NCBI GenBank assembly: GCA_963833225.1
Contig: CAWHXD010000005.1
Coordinates: 134,173-198,172 of the forward strand
Direction: 5' to 3'
Length of the DNA stretch: 64,000 bases
DNA from: an uncultured Chloroflexia bacterium
GTDB lineage: Bacteria > Chloroflexota > Limnocylindria > Limnocylindrales > CSP1-4
Shown here: piece by piece, positions 18,097 to 26,939 of the stretch
Layout of the letters: each line of letters begins with the position of its first letter
Numbering within the stretch: position 1 is the first letter of the stretch
The notes under the pieces: generated by a model
Database searches by the model: none
Seen by the model: the letters and a program-made list of their open reading frames with translations, nothing else
What the model was told of the DNA's origin: nothing
Made by a program: the position numbers and the translations under genes

Positions 18097-19871
18097 CAGG
18101 CGCTCACGCTGCGGACGGCTTCGTGCACTGTCGTGATGCCGGCCGCTGCCTTGTGCAGCGCATCGATGCGCATGGGGACCAAGCCTTCCTTGAGAGCCAG
18201 GGCGAGGACGTCGTCGTAGTGGGCGTTGCCGGCAACCAGTCGGCGCACGTCGGGGGTGACCCGGAGCAGCTCGTAGGCGCCGATCCGGTCGAGGTAGCCG
18301 CTGCCGGCGCAATAGGTGCAGCCGCGGCCGATGAAGGCGATCTCGGGCGGCGTCAGCCCGGCGGCGACGTACAGCGCCTGCTCCTCTGCCGTCGGCTCGA
18401 TCTCGATCCGGCAGTGGGAGCAGATGCGGCGCATCAGGCGCTGCCCGAACACGCCCGTCACGCTGGCCGACACGAGGAACGGCTCGATCCCCATCTCCAG
18501 CAGCCGGAACAGGGCGCTGACGGCGCCCGTCGCGTGCATCGAGGACAGGACGAGGTGGCCGGTCATCGAGGCCTGCGTCGCGATCTCCGCGGTCTCGCGG
18601 TCCCGGATCTCGCCCACCAGGATCACGTCCGGGTCCTGGCGCAGGATCGCCCGCAGCCCGGATGCGAAGGTCAGGCCGGCTGCTGCGTTGACTTGCGTCT
18701 GGTTGACGCGCTCGAAGGTGTACTCGACCGGGTCCTCGATGGTGGTGACGTTGAGGGAGACGCGGTCAAGCTCGTTGATCGAGGCATACAGGGTCGTCGT
18801 CTTGCCGCTGCCCGTGGGCCCGGCCACCACGACCATCCCATAGTGCGATCCGAGCAGGGTCTGGAACGCGGGCTGGACCTCGGTCGGCACCCCCAGCTGG
18901 GCCAGCCGCAGGACCGATCGGTCGCGATCCAGCAGCCGCATCACGACCTTCTCGCCCCAGATGGTGCGCATCGTTGCGACCCGGATGTCCACCAGGCGCC
19001 CCTCGACGTCCATCGTGATCTGGCCATCCTGCGCCCGCTGCTTCTCGACGATGTTCAGCTCGGCGAGGATCTTGATCCGGCTGACCAGCCCCGGCGCAAG
19101 CTCCGCGGGCAGGTCGGCGACGTCCCGGAGGATCCCGTCAACGCGGGTCCGGATCCGCAGACCGGTCGCCTGGGGCTCGATGTGGAGGTCGCTTGCGTGG
19201 TCACGGAGGGCCTGCGAGACCAGCAGGTTGACGATCTGGACGACTGGGGCATCCGCGAGATCCTGCATGCCGGCGGTGGACATCGCCTTGCGGCCCACGT
19301 TCGGGACCGTGGTGGGGCGCGCAGTCGCGAAGGCCGACACCTGGGCCTGAAGGTCCCCGGTCACGCGATAGCGACGGTTGATCCCGTCGAGGATCTCCGA
19401 CCGCAGGGCGAGATGCGCCTCGACCGGGCGCTCGGTCAGCGCCTCGAGCTCCTCGATGAGGGACTGGTTGCTGGGGTCGTCCGCGGCAACGACGAGCGGG
19501 CCCAGCTCCGGCCCCGGTGGGGTGAGCGGCAGGACCCACAATCGTCGCGCGTCGGACTCGGGCAGCATGGCCAGGGCCGCGTCGTCGCTCTGCTCCTCGC
19601 GCAGGTCCACGAGCGGCACGTCGAGCTGGACCGAGAGGACCGCCCCGAGGGCGACCTCGTCGAGCACGTTGTCCTCGCGCAGGATCTCCCCAAGTCGCTT
19701 ACGCCGCTCGCCCTGCGCCGCAAGCGCGGCGGTCAGCTGAGCCTTGTCGATGAGGCCGGCCTGGAGGAGCATGTCCCCGAGGCGCGGCGCCCGCTGGGCA
19801 CGGGAAGCGGATGAGGAAGCGGAAGCGGGTGCGTCCATCACGGCCGCGGTTGCCTCGGGGTTCATCATCAT
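18096..19871 (-). CDS. pilB: Type IV pilus assembly ATPase PilB/GspE
   Basis: N-terminal RLGDMLLQAGLI/RLGEIL (MshEN-like), ASDLHIEP, GPTGSGKTTTLY, LRQDPDVILVGEIRD, CxxC pairs. Confidence 0.95.
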   Translation of the reverse strand: MMMNPEATAAVMDAPASASSSASRAQRAPRLGDMLLQAGLIDKAQLTAALAAQGERRKRLGEILREDNVLDEVALGAVLSVQLDVPLVDLREEQSDDAALAMLPESDARRLWVLPLTPPGPELGPLVVAADDPSNQSLIEELEALTERPVEAHLALRSEILDGINRRYRVTGDLQAQVSAFATARPTTVPNVGRKAMSTAGMQDLADAPVVQIVNLLVSQALRDHASDLHIEPQATGLRIRTRVDGILRDVADLPAELAPGLVSRIKILAELNIVEKQRAQDGQITMDVEGRLVDIRVATMRTIWGEKVVMRLLDRDRSVLRLAQLGVPTEVQPAFQTLLGSHYGMVVVAGPTGSGKTTTLYASINELDRVSLNVTTIEDPVEYTFERVNQTQVNAAAGLTFASGLRAILRQDPDVILVGEIRDRETAEIATQASMTGHLVLSSMHATGAVSALFRLLEMGIEPFLVSASVTGVFGQRLMRRICSHCRIEIEPTAEEQALYVAAGLTPPEIAFIGRGCTYCAGSGYLDRIGAYELLRVTPDVRRLVAGNAHYDDVLALALKEGLVPMRIDALHKAAAGITTVHEAVRSVSA

Positions 19872-20374
19872 GCGATCCCCGGCCACAGGAGCTGGGTGAG
19901 CTGGCGACCGGCGACGGCGGCCGTCATCGCTCCCAGCGCGAGCGCAGGTGCGAACGGCAGCGGATCGCGGCGTCCCAGCCGGCCAGCGGCGATCAGGAGG
20001 ACACCGATCGTCGCGCCCGCCGCGAAGGCGACGAACCCGGCGACCAGCACGCCCGGCCAGCCGGTCATGAGCCCGATGAAGACAGCCAGCTTCGCGTCGC
20101 CCATGCCCATCCCGCCACCGGACACGAGGCCGATGCCCACGAACAGGGCCGCAGCCGCCGCGCCCGCCAGCACGAAGTCCCACCACGGTCGATCGGGACG
20201 CAGGAACGCGAGTCCCAGCGCGACCCCAATGGCTGGGTAGACGGCGATGTTCGGGACGCGATGGCGGCGGGCGTCGTAGGCCGCGATCGCGATCAGGAAC
20301 GCGGAATACGCGATGGCGACCGGGACCATCCATCCGGGTGACGCCGACAGATCCTCGATCACGTGCTTGTCCAT
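19868..20374 (-). CDS. Prepilin peptidase, A24 family, short form without N-terminal Zn/methylase domain
   Basis: AYDARRHRVPN and GMGDAKL catalytic Asp motifs, LPFAPAL; true start may be GTG 20362. Confidence 0.88.
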   Translation of the reverse strand: MDKHVIEDLSASPGWMVPVAIAYSAFLIAIAAYDARRHRVPNIAVYPAIGVALGLAFLRPDRPWWDFVLAGAAAAALFVGIGLVSGGGMGMGDAKLAVFIGLMTGWPGVLVAGFVAFAAGATIGVLLIAAGRLGRRDPLPFAPALALGAMTAAVAGRQLTQLLWPGIA

Positions 20375-20607
20375 CCCGAGGCCGGACCGGTGGGAGTTCC
20401 CATCGAATCCGGCGCTGCACTAGCCTGGCCGGGCGCGCAGTGCGGACCGGCGCGCTGCATGAAACGCACCCTCAAGGTAGGTAGGCGACTGGACCGGCGC
20501 CATGGTACGAACGTCGCCCCACCGCACCTGACCACTCCTGTCTGGTGCCGGATCGACGGACGGCAAGGGTCCTGAGCGGGACCCCGCGCGCTCCCGGGAT
20601 CGCCGGG

Positions 20608-21657
20608 TCAGCCGGTCCGCGGAGACCTTGGCCGCGGCCCGAGCCCGATCATCGTGTACACCTCGTCGATCATCGCCATGGTCAGGACGGCGTCCTGGCT
20701 GTCGGTGGGCATCGGGATGCCATCGCGGACGAACGCGGTGAACGCGTCCAGCTGGTATGTGTACGACGAGCGCGTCCCAAGGTGCTCGACCCGCTCCCCG
20801 TCGGCCGTGGTCACGACGATCCGGTCGTCGAGGTGGGGGAGGATGTAGTTGGGGATCACGGCCTCGCCACGGCTGCCGGTGATCCGATACGTCAGCTCGG
20901 ACGCCGTGCCGGCCATGTTGCAGCGCGCCAGGCCGGTCGCACCCGAGGGGAAGACGAGGTCCGCGTCCACCCATTCATCGACACCCGGCAGGCCGGCCCG
21001 CTCCCCGCCGCGAGCCGCCACCACCGATGGCGGGCCGCCCAGCCACGGTGCGAGCACCCGGTGGGCATGCAGGCTGTAGCAGCCGAGATCCATGAGCGCC
21101 CCACCGGCGAGCGGGTACGACCAGCGCAGGTTGTCCGGGTCGGGCGGCGGCGTGATCATCGTCACCTCGACGTGCCGGATCTCGCCCAGCTCCCCGGTGG
21201 CCACCAGCTCGTGGAGCCGCCTGGTGACCGGGTGGTAGAGGTAGTGGAACCCGTCAACGACGACGAGACCGGCCCGGATCCCGGCATCCCGGACCTCGGC
21301 CGCCTCGTCGGCGTTGCTCGCGAACGGCTTCTCGGAGAGCACATGCTTGCCGGCCTCGATGGCCGCGAGGTTCCAGGGCGCATGGAACCCGTTTGGCAGC
21401 GGGTTGTAGACGGCCTCGACCTCCGGGTCGTTCACGACATCGGCGTAGGAGTCCAGGACCCGCTCCACGCCGTGGGTTCCGGCGAAGGCCTCGGCCCGGT
21501 CCCGACGGCGCGCCGCAACGGCGACCAGCCGGGCGCCCGTGACGTGAGCCGGCGTGACGATCGCGTTGTCCGCAATGGTCGCGGCACCCAGGACTCCGAT
21601 CCGCAGGGGGTCTGCCACGCGGGATCCCGTGGCGGCGTCAAGCGATCCGGCAGACAT
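20608..21657 (-). CDS. Gfo/Idh/MocA family oxidoreductase
   Basis: IGVLGAATIA, VYNPLPNGFH, GKHVLSEKP, GGALMDLGCY. Confidence 0.9.
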   Translation of the reverse strand: MSAGSLDAATGSRVADPLRIGVLGAATIADNAIVTPAHVTGARLVAVAARRRDRAEAFAGTHGVERVLDSYADVVNDPEVEAVYNPLPNGFHAPWNLAAIEAGKHVLSEKPFASNADEAAEVRDAGIRAGLVVVDGFHYLYHPVTRRLHELVATGELGEIRHVEVTMITPPPDPDNLRWSYPLAGGALMDLGCYSLHAHRVLAPWLGGPPSVVAARGGERAGLPGVDEWVDADLVFPSGATGLARCNMAGTASELTYRITGSRGEAVIPNYILPHLDDRIVVTTADGERVEHLGTRSSYTYQLDAFTAFVRDGIPMPTDSQDAVLTMAMIDEVYTMIGLGPRPRSPRTG

Positions 21658-21785
21658 CGGCTCTCCTCTCGGGGCGGCCAGGGATGGTGGATCACGAGTG
21701 TAAAGGGGCTGGCGGCTCCTCCCGTCGCCCGGCGGGCGAACATCGACTACCCTCCGCTGGCCGCCCCACCCCACGAGGAGCTCCC

Positions 21786-22367
21786 TTGGCCGACGAGCAC
21801 GCGCACCACCACACGCTCTCCTATGCCGATGCCGTGACCGCGTTCCGGGCCGACAAGGACGCCTTCTTCAAGAACTCGCCCGGGAGCCCCATTCTCGCCG
21901 CGGACCGCGACGCGTTCAGCGGTCTTCCGTACTACCCGGTGGACGAGCGCATGGTGATCGATGACCTCGCCCTCCACCCCTACACCGGCAACGAGCCAGT
22001 CCGGTTCGAGATCCCTACCTCGGACGGCCGCCTCCGCCCCGCCGAGCGTGCCGGGGTGTTCCGGTTCGACATCGCGGGCGTCGAGCAATCGTTGACCGCC
22101 TACCGCTTTGCGAACAGCGAGAGCGAGACGCTGTTCGTGCCGTTCCTGGACTCGACGAGCGGCAGCGAGACGTACGGCGCCGGGCGGTACCTCGACCTCG
22201 AGGCCCAGGACGACGGCACCTACTCGCTCGACTTCAACCTCGCCTACCACCCGTCATGCGTGTACGACCCTCGGTTCTCCTGTCCGCTCACGCCCACGGA
22301 GAACCGGCTGACCGTCAGGGTTGAGGCCGGCGAACGCCTCGCAGTCGGGTCCAACGCGGCCCACTGA
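21786..22367 (+). CDS. DUF1684 family protein
   Basis: FR.DKD.FF, LFVPFLD.TSG.ETYGAGRYL, LDFNLAY.P.C.Y...CPL; GAGGAG RBS before TTG. Confidence 0.9.
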   Translation: MADEHAHHHTLSYADAVTAFRADKDAFFKNSPGSPILAADRDAFSGLPYYPVDERMVIDDLALHPYTGNEPVRFEIPTSDGRLRPAERAGVFRFDIAGVEQSLTAYRFANSESETLFVPFLDSTSGSETYGAGRYLDLEAQDDGTYSLDFNLAYHPSCVYDPRFSCPLTPTENRLTVRVEAGERLAVGSNAAH

Positions 22368-22559
22368 CCCGCCGGGTGCCGGCTGGAGGGCGTGTGATCT
22401 TGGCCACAGCCGTCGCTGAGCGCGTTGACTAGGCTGCTGGGAGAGATGGTGGCAGCAGGCGATGAGCTGGTTGGCGCGGGAGCCTTCGCGCCCGAACCCG
22501 CAACCGGGCGTCGCCGTGAGTCGCGGAGCATCCGCGACGTCCACCGCCAAGGGAGCACC

Positions 22560-23774
22560 ATGGACCAGATCACCGTGTACGGGGCGCCGTGGTGCCCCGA
22601 CTGCCGCCGCTCCAAGGCGTTCCTGATGGAGCAGCGCATCCCCTTCGCCTGGATCGACATCGATGCCGACGCGGACGGGCTGCGCTTCGTGGAAGACCTC
22701 CAGCATGGTGGCCGGACGATCCCGACCATCCTGTTCCCCGACGGCAGCCACCTGCTCGAGCCGTCCAACGTCGAGCTGGCCGAGAAGCTTGGCCTCCAGC
22801 TGCGCGCCGGCCGCATGATCTACGACGTGCTGATCCTCGGCGGCGGCCCCGCCGGTCTCTCGGCGGCGATCTACGCGGCCCGGGAGGGCCTGGACGCCCT
22901 CGTCATCGAGCGGGGTGCCCTGGGTGGGCAGGCCGGCACGACCGACCGGATCGACAACTACCCGGGCTTCCCCGAGGGGATCGGCGGGGCGGAGCTGGCC
23001 GACCGCCTGGTTGCCCACGCACGCCGCTACGGCGTGGAGCTCCTGTCCGCCGTCGAGGTCATCGGCATCACCCGCGAGCCCGACTGCGTCATGGTCACCA
23101 CCACGACCGGCGACATGTACGGGGCGGACGCGGTGATCATCGCCACGGGATCACAGTACCGGCGGCTCGGTTTGCCCGGCGAGGCGGGGCTCATCGGCCT
23201 GGGCGTCCACTACTGCGCGACCTGCGACGGCCCGTTCTACCGCGGCGCAAAGGAGCTGGTCGTGATCGGCGGTGGCAACTCCGCGCTCGAGGAGGCGCTG
23301 TTCCTGGCGACGATTGCCGACAAGGTCACGATCCTGACCCGGGGGGAGCTGCGTGCGAGCGACCTCGTCCAGGAGAGTGTTCGCTCCAACCCGAGGATCG
23401 AGATCCATACGGGGATGGACATCGTCGACTTCGAGCGGCGCGACGGGCGCCTGGGCGCGGTGCTGACCCGGGACCGGGCTTCCGGTGAGAACCGGCGGTT
23501 CGAGCCCGAAGCGGCGTTCGTGTTCGTTGGCCTGGACCCGAACACCGGGTTCCTGCGCGGCGTCGTCGACCTCGACGATGCCGGCTTCATCGTGGCCCAC
23601 GACGGCTACACGACTTCCCTGGACGGCGTGTTCGCGGCCGGCGACGTTCGCTCGGGTGCGACCAAGCAGGTCGGCAGTGCCGCGGGTGAGGGCATCGCCG
23701 CGCTGCTCTCGGTCCGTCGAGCCCTCGAGCAGCGCCACCTCAAGGCCGCGAACGTTGCCGACGAGCTCGGGTAG
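22560..23774 (+). CDS. Glutaredoxin/mycoredoxin - thioredoxin reductase fusion
   Basis: N-terminal WCPDC and TIPTI; then GGGPAGLSAA, NYPGF, CATCDG, GGGNSA, FAAGD. Confidence 0.9.
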   Translation: MDQITVYGAPWCPDCRRSKAFLMEQRIPFAWIDIDADADGLRFVEDLQHGGRTIPTILFPDGSHLLEPSNVELAEKLGLQLRAGRMIYDVLILGGGPAGLSAAIYAAREGLDALVIERGALGGQAGTTDRIDNYPGFPEGIGGAELADRLVAHARRYGVELLSAVEVIGITREPDCVMVTTTTGDMYGADAVIIATGSQYRRLGLPGEAGLIGLGVHYCATCDGPFYRGAKELVVIGGGNSALEEALFLATIADKVTILTRGELRASDLVQESVRSNPRIEIHTGMDIVDFERRDGRLGAVLTRDRASGENRRFEPEAAFVFVGLDPNTGFLRGVVDLDDAGFIVAHDGYTTSLDGVFAAGDVRSGATKQVGSAAGEGIAALLSVRRALEQRHLKAANVADELG

Positions 23775-23949
23775 CGAGGCGCCCGACTCGGGGTCCGATC
23801 ACCGCTGGGGCCTGCCCGTGGGAGTCGCGGGCGATCCGGCCCGTTCTGCCGCCCCGCAGCGGACCTTGGGACTTTCGTAGGGGAGAAATCGCCAGCCCCG
23901 CCGGTAGTGTGGTGAGAGCGCCCCAAGTCCCGGAGGACTGTCCACAAGC

Positions 23950-25785
23950 ATGCTGGGTTCCACCAGGCGGATCCGGCGGCCCGTCCTGCTGTTGCTCGTG
24001 TTCGGCATGTTCCTCGTGATCGTCGGCATCACGGCAACAGCGCAGACGGTGATCGTCACCGCGAACGTGTCATCGGCCACCCTCAACGCGGTGGTCCAGT
24101 CCGACGCGGCTACGATCCGCACGTTCGCGAACCTTGTCCTCGAGGCCGGGGACCTGGACCCGGTCTCGCTCAGCGGCGCTCGCCGGGAAGAGGTCCAGCG
24201 TCGTCTCGAGACGCTCACCCACAGCGGGGAGATCCTCCATCTCGAGGTCAGGCTGCCCGACGGGCTCGTGATCCTCTCCGACGATCCGGCATCGGTCGGA
24301 TGGACGGCGGCGCACACTCCCGACTTCGACCACGCCGCATCGGGGACACCCGTGCCGGCGATCGTGACCCCGGACGATACCGAGGCAGCGGGGACCGGGT
24401 TCCAGACCTCCAGCATCCTGCGCGAGTACTTCCCGATCCGCACGGATCGCACGGGGGACAGCGTGATCGCGGTGGTCGGCATCTGGCGCGACGGCGTTCC
24501 CATCCTCGGCCAGGTGGACGCGGCCAGGCGGGACGTCGTGCTGGCCACGGTGAGCGCGGCCCTGATCGCCGCCTTCGCCCTGTTCCTGGTGTTCCGCGCC
24601 AGCCAGGGCCGGATCACCCGTCAGGCCGAGCTGCTCATCGAGGCCGAGCGTCGCGACCCCCTGACTGGCACGCTCAATCACGGCTCGCTTGTCGGCCTGC
24701 TCGCTGAACACGTCGAGGCCGCCCGCACCGCGGACGCAGAGATCGCGATTGCGATGATCGACATCGACAACTTCCGCCTGCTCAACGACACGCACGGCCA
24801 CCCGGCCGGCGACCGCGCCCTGCTCCTCGTGGCGGAGCAGCTGGCGCCCGTCCTCCCCGCGGCGGCATCGTTCGGTCGCTATGGGCCGGACGAGTTCCTG
24901 GTGATCAGCCCGGAGACCGGCACGGGCGGACTGCTCCCGGCGATCGAGATCCTGAGGGCGGCGCTCTCGGGCGCGTCGCTCCAGTTCGGCGATTCGGATC
25001 CCCTGCCGATCACGATCAGCGCCGGCCTGGCCGCGTTCCCCCAGGACGGAGCGTCGGTCAACTCGCTGCTGGCCAGCGCGTCGGTCACCCTGCAGGAGGC
25101 CCGGGTGGGCGGCGGCAACGCGATCCGGGTCGCGGACGCGGGATCAGAGGCGGCACCGGAGACCCGGACCTTCGACGTGTTCCAGGGCCTGATCCTCGCG
25201 GTAGACGCCAAAGACCGCTACACCAAGCGCCACTCGGAGGACGTGTCCCGGTTTGCGGTGTTCCTCGCCGAGCGGCTCGGCCTGGATCCCGAGACGATCG
25301 CGACGATCCGCGTGGCGGGCCTGCTCCACGACGTCGGCAAGATCGGGATTCCGGACTCGATCCTGCGCCGCCCCGGCCGCTTGAGCGATGGCGAGATGGA
25401 GGTGGTCAAGCAGCATGTTGCCCTGGGCGACATGATCCTCCGGGACCTGCCGGATATCGAGACCATCCGGGCGGGCGTGCGTCATCACCACGAGCGATGG
25501 GACGGCCATGGCTACCTGGCCGGGCTTGCCGGCGAGGAGATCCCGCTCATCGCCCGCATCCTTGCCGTCGGAGACGCGTTCTCGGCGATGACGACGACCC
25601 GGCCCTACCGCAAGGCCCTCGACGTCCGCGAAGCCCTGATCCGGCTCGCCGACGCGGCCGGCACCCAGCTGGACGAGGACCTGGTCGCGACGTTCGTCGG
25701 CGGGATCGAGCATGACCCGAATGCGCCACTGCCCGGGACCGACGGGCTGCACCGACTGTGGACTCCCTACACGCGAGTGGCCTGA
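23950..25785 (+). CDS. Membrane sensor with GGDEF and HD-GYP domains
   Basis: Two TMs; DIDNF..LND..GH..GD, RYGPDEF; [33 protein letters not shown]. Confidence 0.92.
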   Translation: MLGSTRRIRRPVLLLLVFGMFLVIVGITATAQTVIVTANVSSATLNAVVQSDAATIRTFANLVLEAGDLDPVSLSGARREEVQRRLETLTHSGEILHLEVRLPDGLVILSDDPASVGWTAAHTPDFDHAASGTPVPAIVTPDDTEAAGTGFQTSSILREYFPIRTDRTGDSVIAVVGIWRDGVPILGQVDAARRDVVLATVSAALIAAFALFLVFRASQGRITRQAELLIEAERRDPLTGTLNHGSLVGLLAEHVEAARTADAEIAIAMIDIDNFRLLNDTHGHPAGDRALLLVAEQLAPVLPAAASFGRYGPDEFLVISPETGTGGLLPAIEILRAALSGASLQFGDSDPLPITISAGLAAFPQDGASVNSLLASASVTLQEARVGGGNAIRVADAGSEAAPETRTFDVFQGLILAVDAKDRYTKRHSEDVSRFAVFLAERLGLDPETIATIRVAGLLHDVGKIGIPDSILRRPGRLSDGEMEVVKQHVALGDMILRDLPDIETIRAGVRHHHERWDGHGYLAGLAGEEIPLIARILAVGDAFSAMTTTRPYRKALDVREALIRLADAAGTQLDEDLVATFVGGIEHDPNAPLPGTDGLHRLWTPYTRVA

Positions 25786-26921
25786 TGACCGGTGGAGCTC
25801 GGTGGTGGGGCCGTCGTCGGATTGCCCTTGCGCTCACCCTCGCCGCCGCAATCGCCGTCCCGCGGGCCGCGTTGCTCCCGGACGCGGCGTCGGCAGCGTC
25901 ACAGACCTGGACCGTCACGCCGGCCGACATCGTGCTGCCCGAGAACGTGGCAACGAGGGTGGATTTCACGGTCACCGTCGTGAACGACATGAAGGTGGGT
26001 TGTGTGGAGGTCAGGCTTCCCCATGGGATGGCGGCCGTGTCCGCCACGGCCCCTGCGCCCTGGCTGATCGACCCGATCATCACCGGTCCTCCTGGGCAGG
26101 TCGTGTTCCACGTGTCCAGGGACAGCGAGCGCCTCCAGAAGGGTGATTCGGCCACCTTCGGCATCACGGTCCGAGCCACGGACGCCTCGACCCAGTCGTG
26201 GAGCCTGGTGCCCTACGAGAAGTGGGATACCTCGAGCAAGTCGGCCGGCCCCACCCTGCACCTGCATTCGACCACGGTCCCGAGCCCCACGCCCAAGCCC
26301 ACGCCCACGCCCAAGCCCACGCCCAAGCCCACGCCCAAGCCCACGCCCACGCCCAAGCCCACGCCCAAGCCCACGCCCAAGCCCACGCCCAAGCCCACGC
26401 CCAAGCCCACGCCCAAGCCCACGCCCAAGCCCACACCCCGGCCGACGGCGGCCGCGCCTGCCACCCCCCGCCCCGCCGGGACGTCGCCCGCTGCGACATC
26501 AACTCCGGGCGTCGAACCGACGCCGTCGCCGTCTGCCGGCGCCAGTGTGGAGCCGAGCCCCGGGCCGAACTCCACGGCGACACCCGTCCGTCGGCCCTCG
26601 CCCTCGACCGCGCCGACCCCCGTGGCGGCAGCCGGGTCCGGCACCGGCTCTCCGCCGCCTGCCGATGGCTGGGTTCGGATCCCGCTCGGTGCCACCGGGG
26701 ACCTCAGCTCGCCCTCGCTGGTCTCGGCGTTCCTGGGCTCGCTCGGCGTGTTCGACTGGCTGGTGCCCAGCGCGCTCGTCGCCGTGCCGGGCTTCCTGCT
26801 CATCCTGACCGTCCTCCTGCAGCTGGCGAGCGCCACCGCCTGGCTTCCGCTCGTGCGCCGCAAGATCGGCGAGTTCGGGCTGTTCGGCGGGCGGCGCAAG
26901 CGGCGCAGTCGCGCAACCTAG
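25785..26921 (+). CDS. Secreted/membrane-anchored protein with Ig-like N-domain, PT/PK linker and C-terminal TM
   Basis: Signal peptide; (PTPK)n; hydrophobic C-terminus with basic tail; TGATG overlap with the upstream gene. Confidence 0.75.
   Translation: MTGGARWWGRRRIALALTLAAAIAVPRAALLPDAASAASQTWTVTPADIVLPENVATRVDFTVTVVNDMKVGCVEVRLPHGMAAVSATAPAPWLIDPIITGPPGQVVFHVSRDSERLQKGDSATFGITVRATDASTQSWSLVPYEKWDTSSKSAGPTLHLHSTTVPSPTPKPTPTPKPTPKPTPKPTPTPKPTPKPTPKPTPKPTPKPTPKPTPKPTPRPTAAAPATPRPAGTSPAATSTPGVEPTPSPSAGASVEPSPGPNSTATPVRRPSPSTAPTPVAAAGSGTGSPPPADGWVRIPLGATGDLSSPSLVSAFLGSLGVFDWLVPSALVAVPGFLLILTVLLQLASATAWLPLVRRKIGEFGLFGGRRKRRSRAT
26286..26438 (+). repeat. Coding tandem repeat CCCACGCCCAAG (PTPK), about 12 units
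   Basis: Near-perfect 12-nt units with occasional extra 6-nt CCCACG. Confidence 0.95.
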
Positions 26922-26939
26922 CCCCGCGAGGCGCCGGCG

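Noticed and set aside
26286-26438. Possible CRISPR array
   Set aside because: Contiguous 12-nt coding repeat with no spacers; no repeat-spacer array or cas genes seen anywhere in the window.
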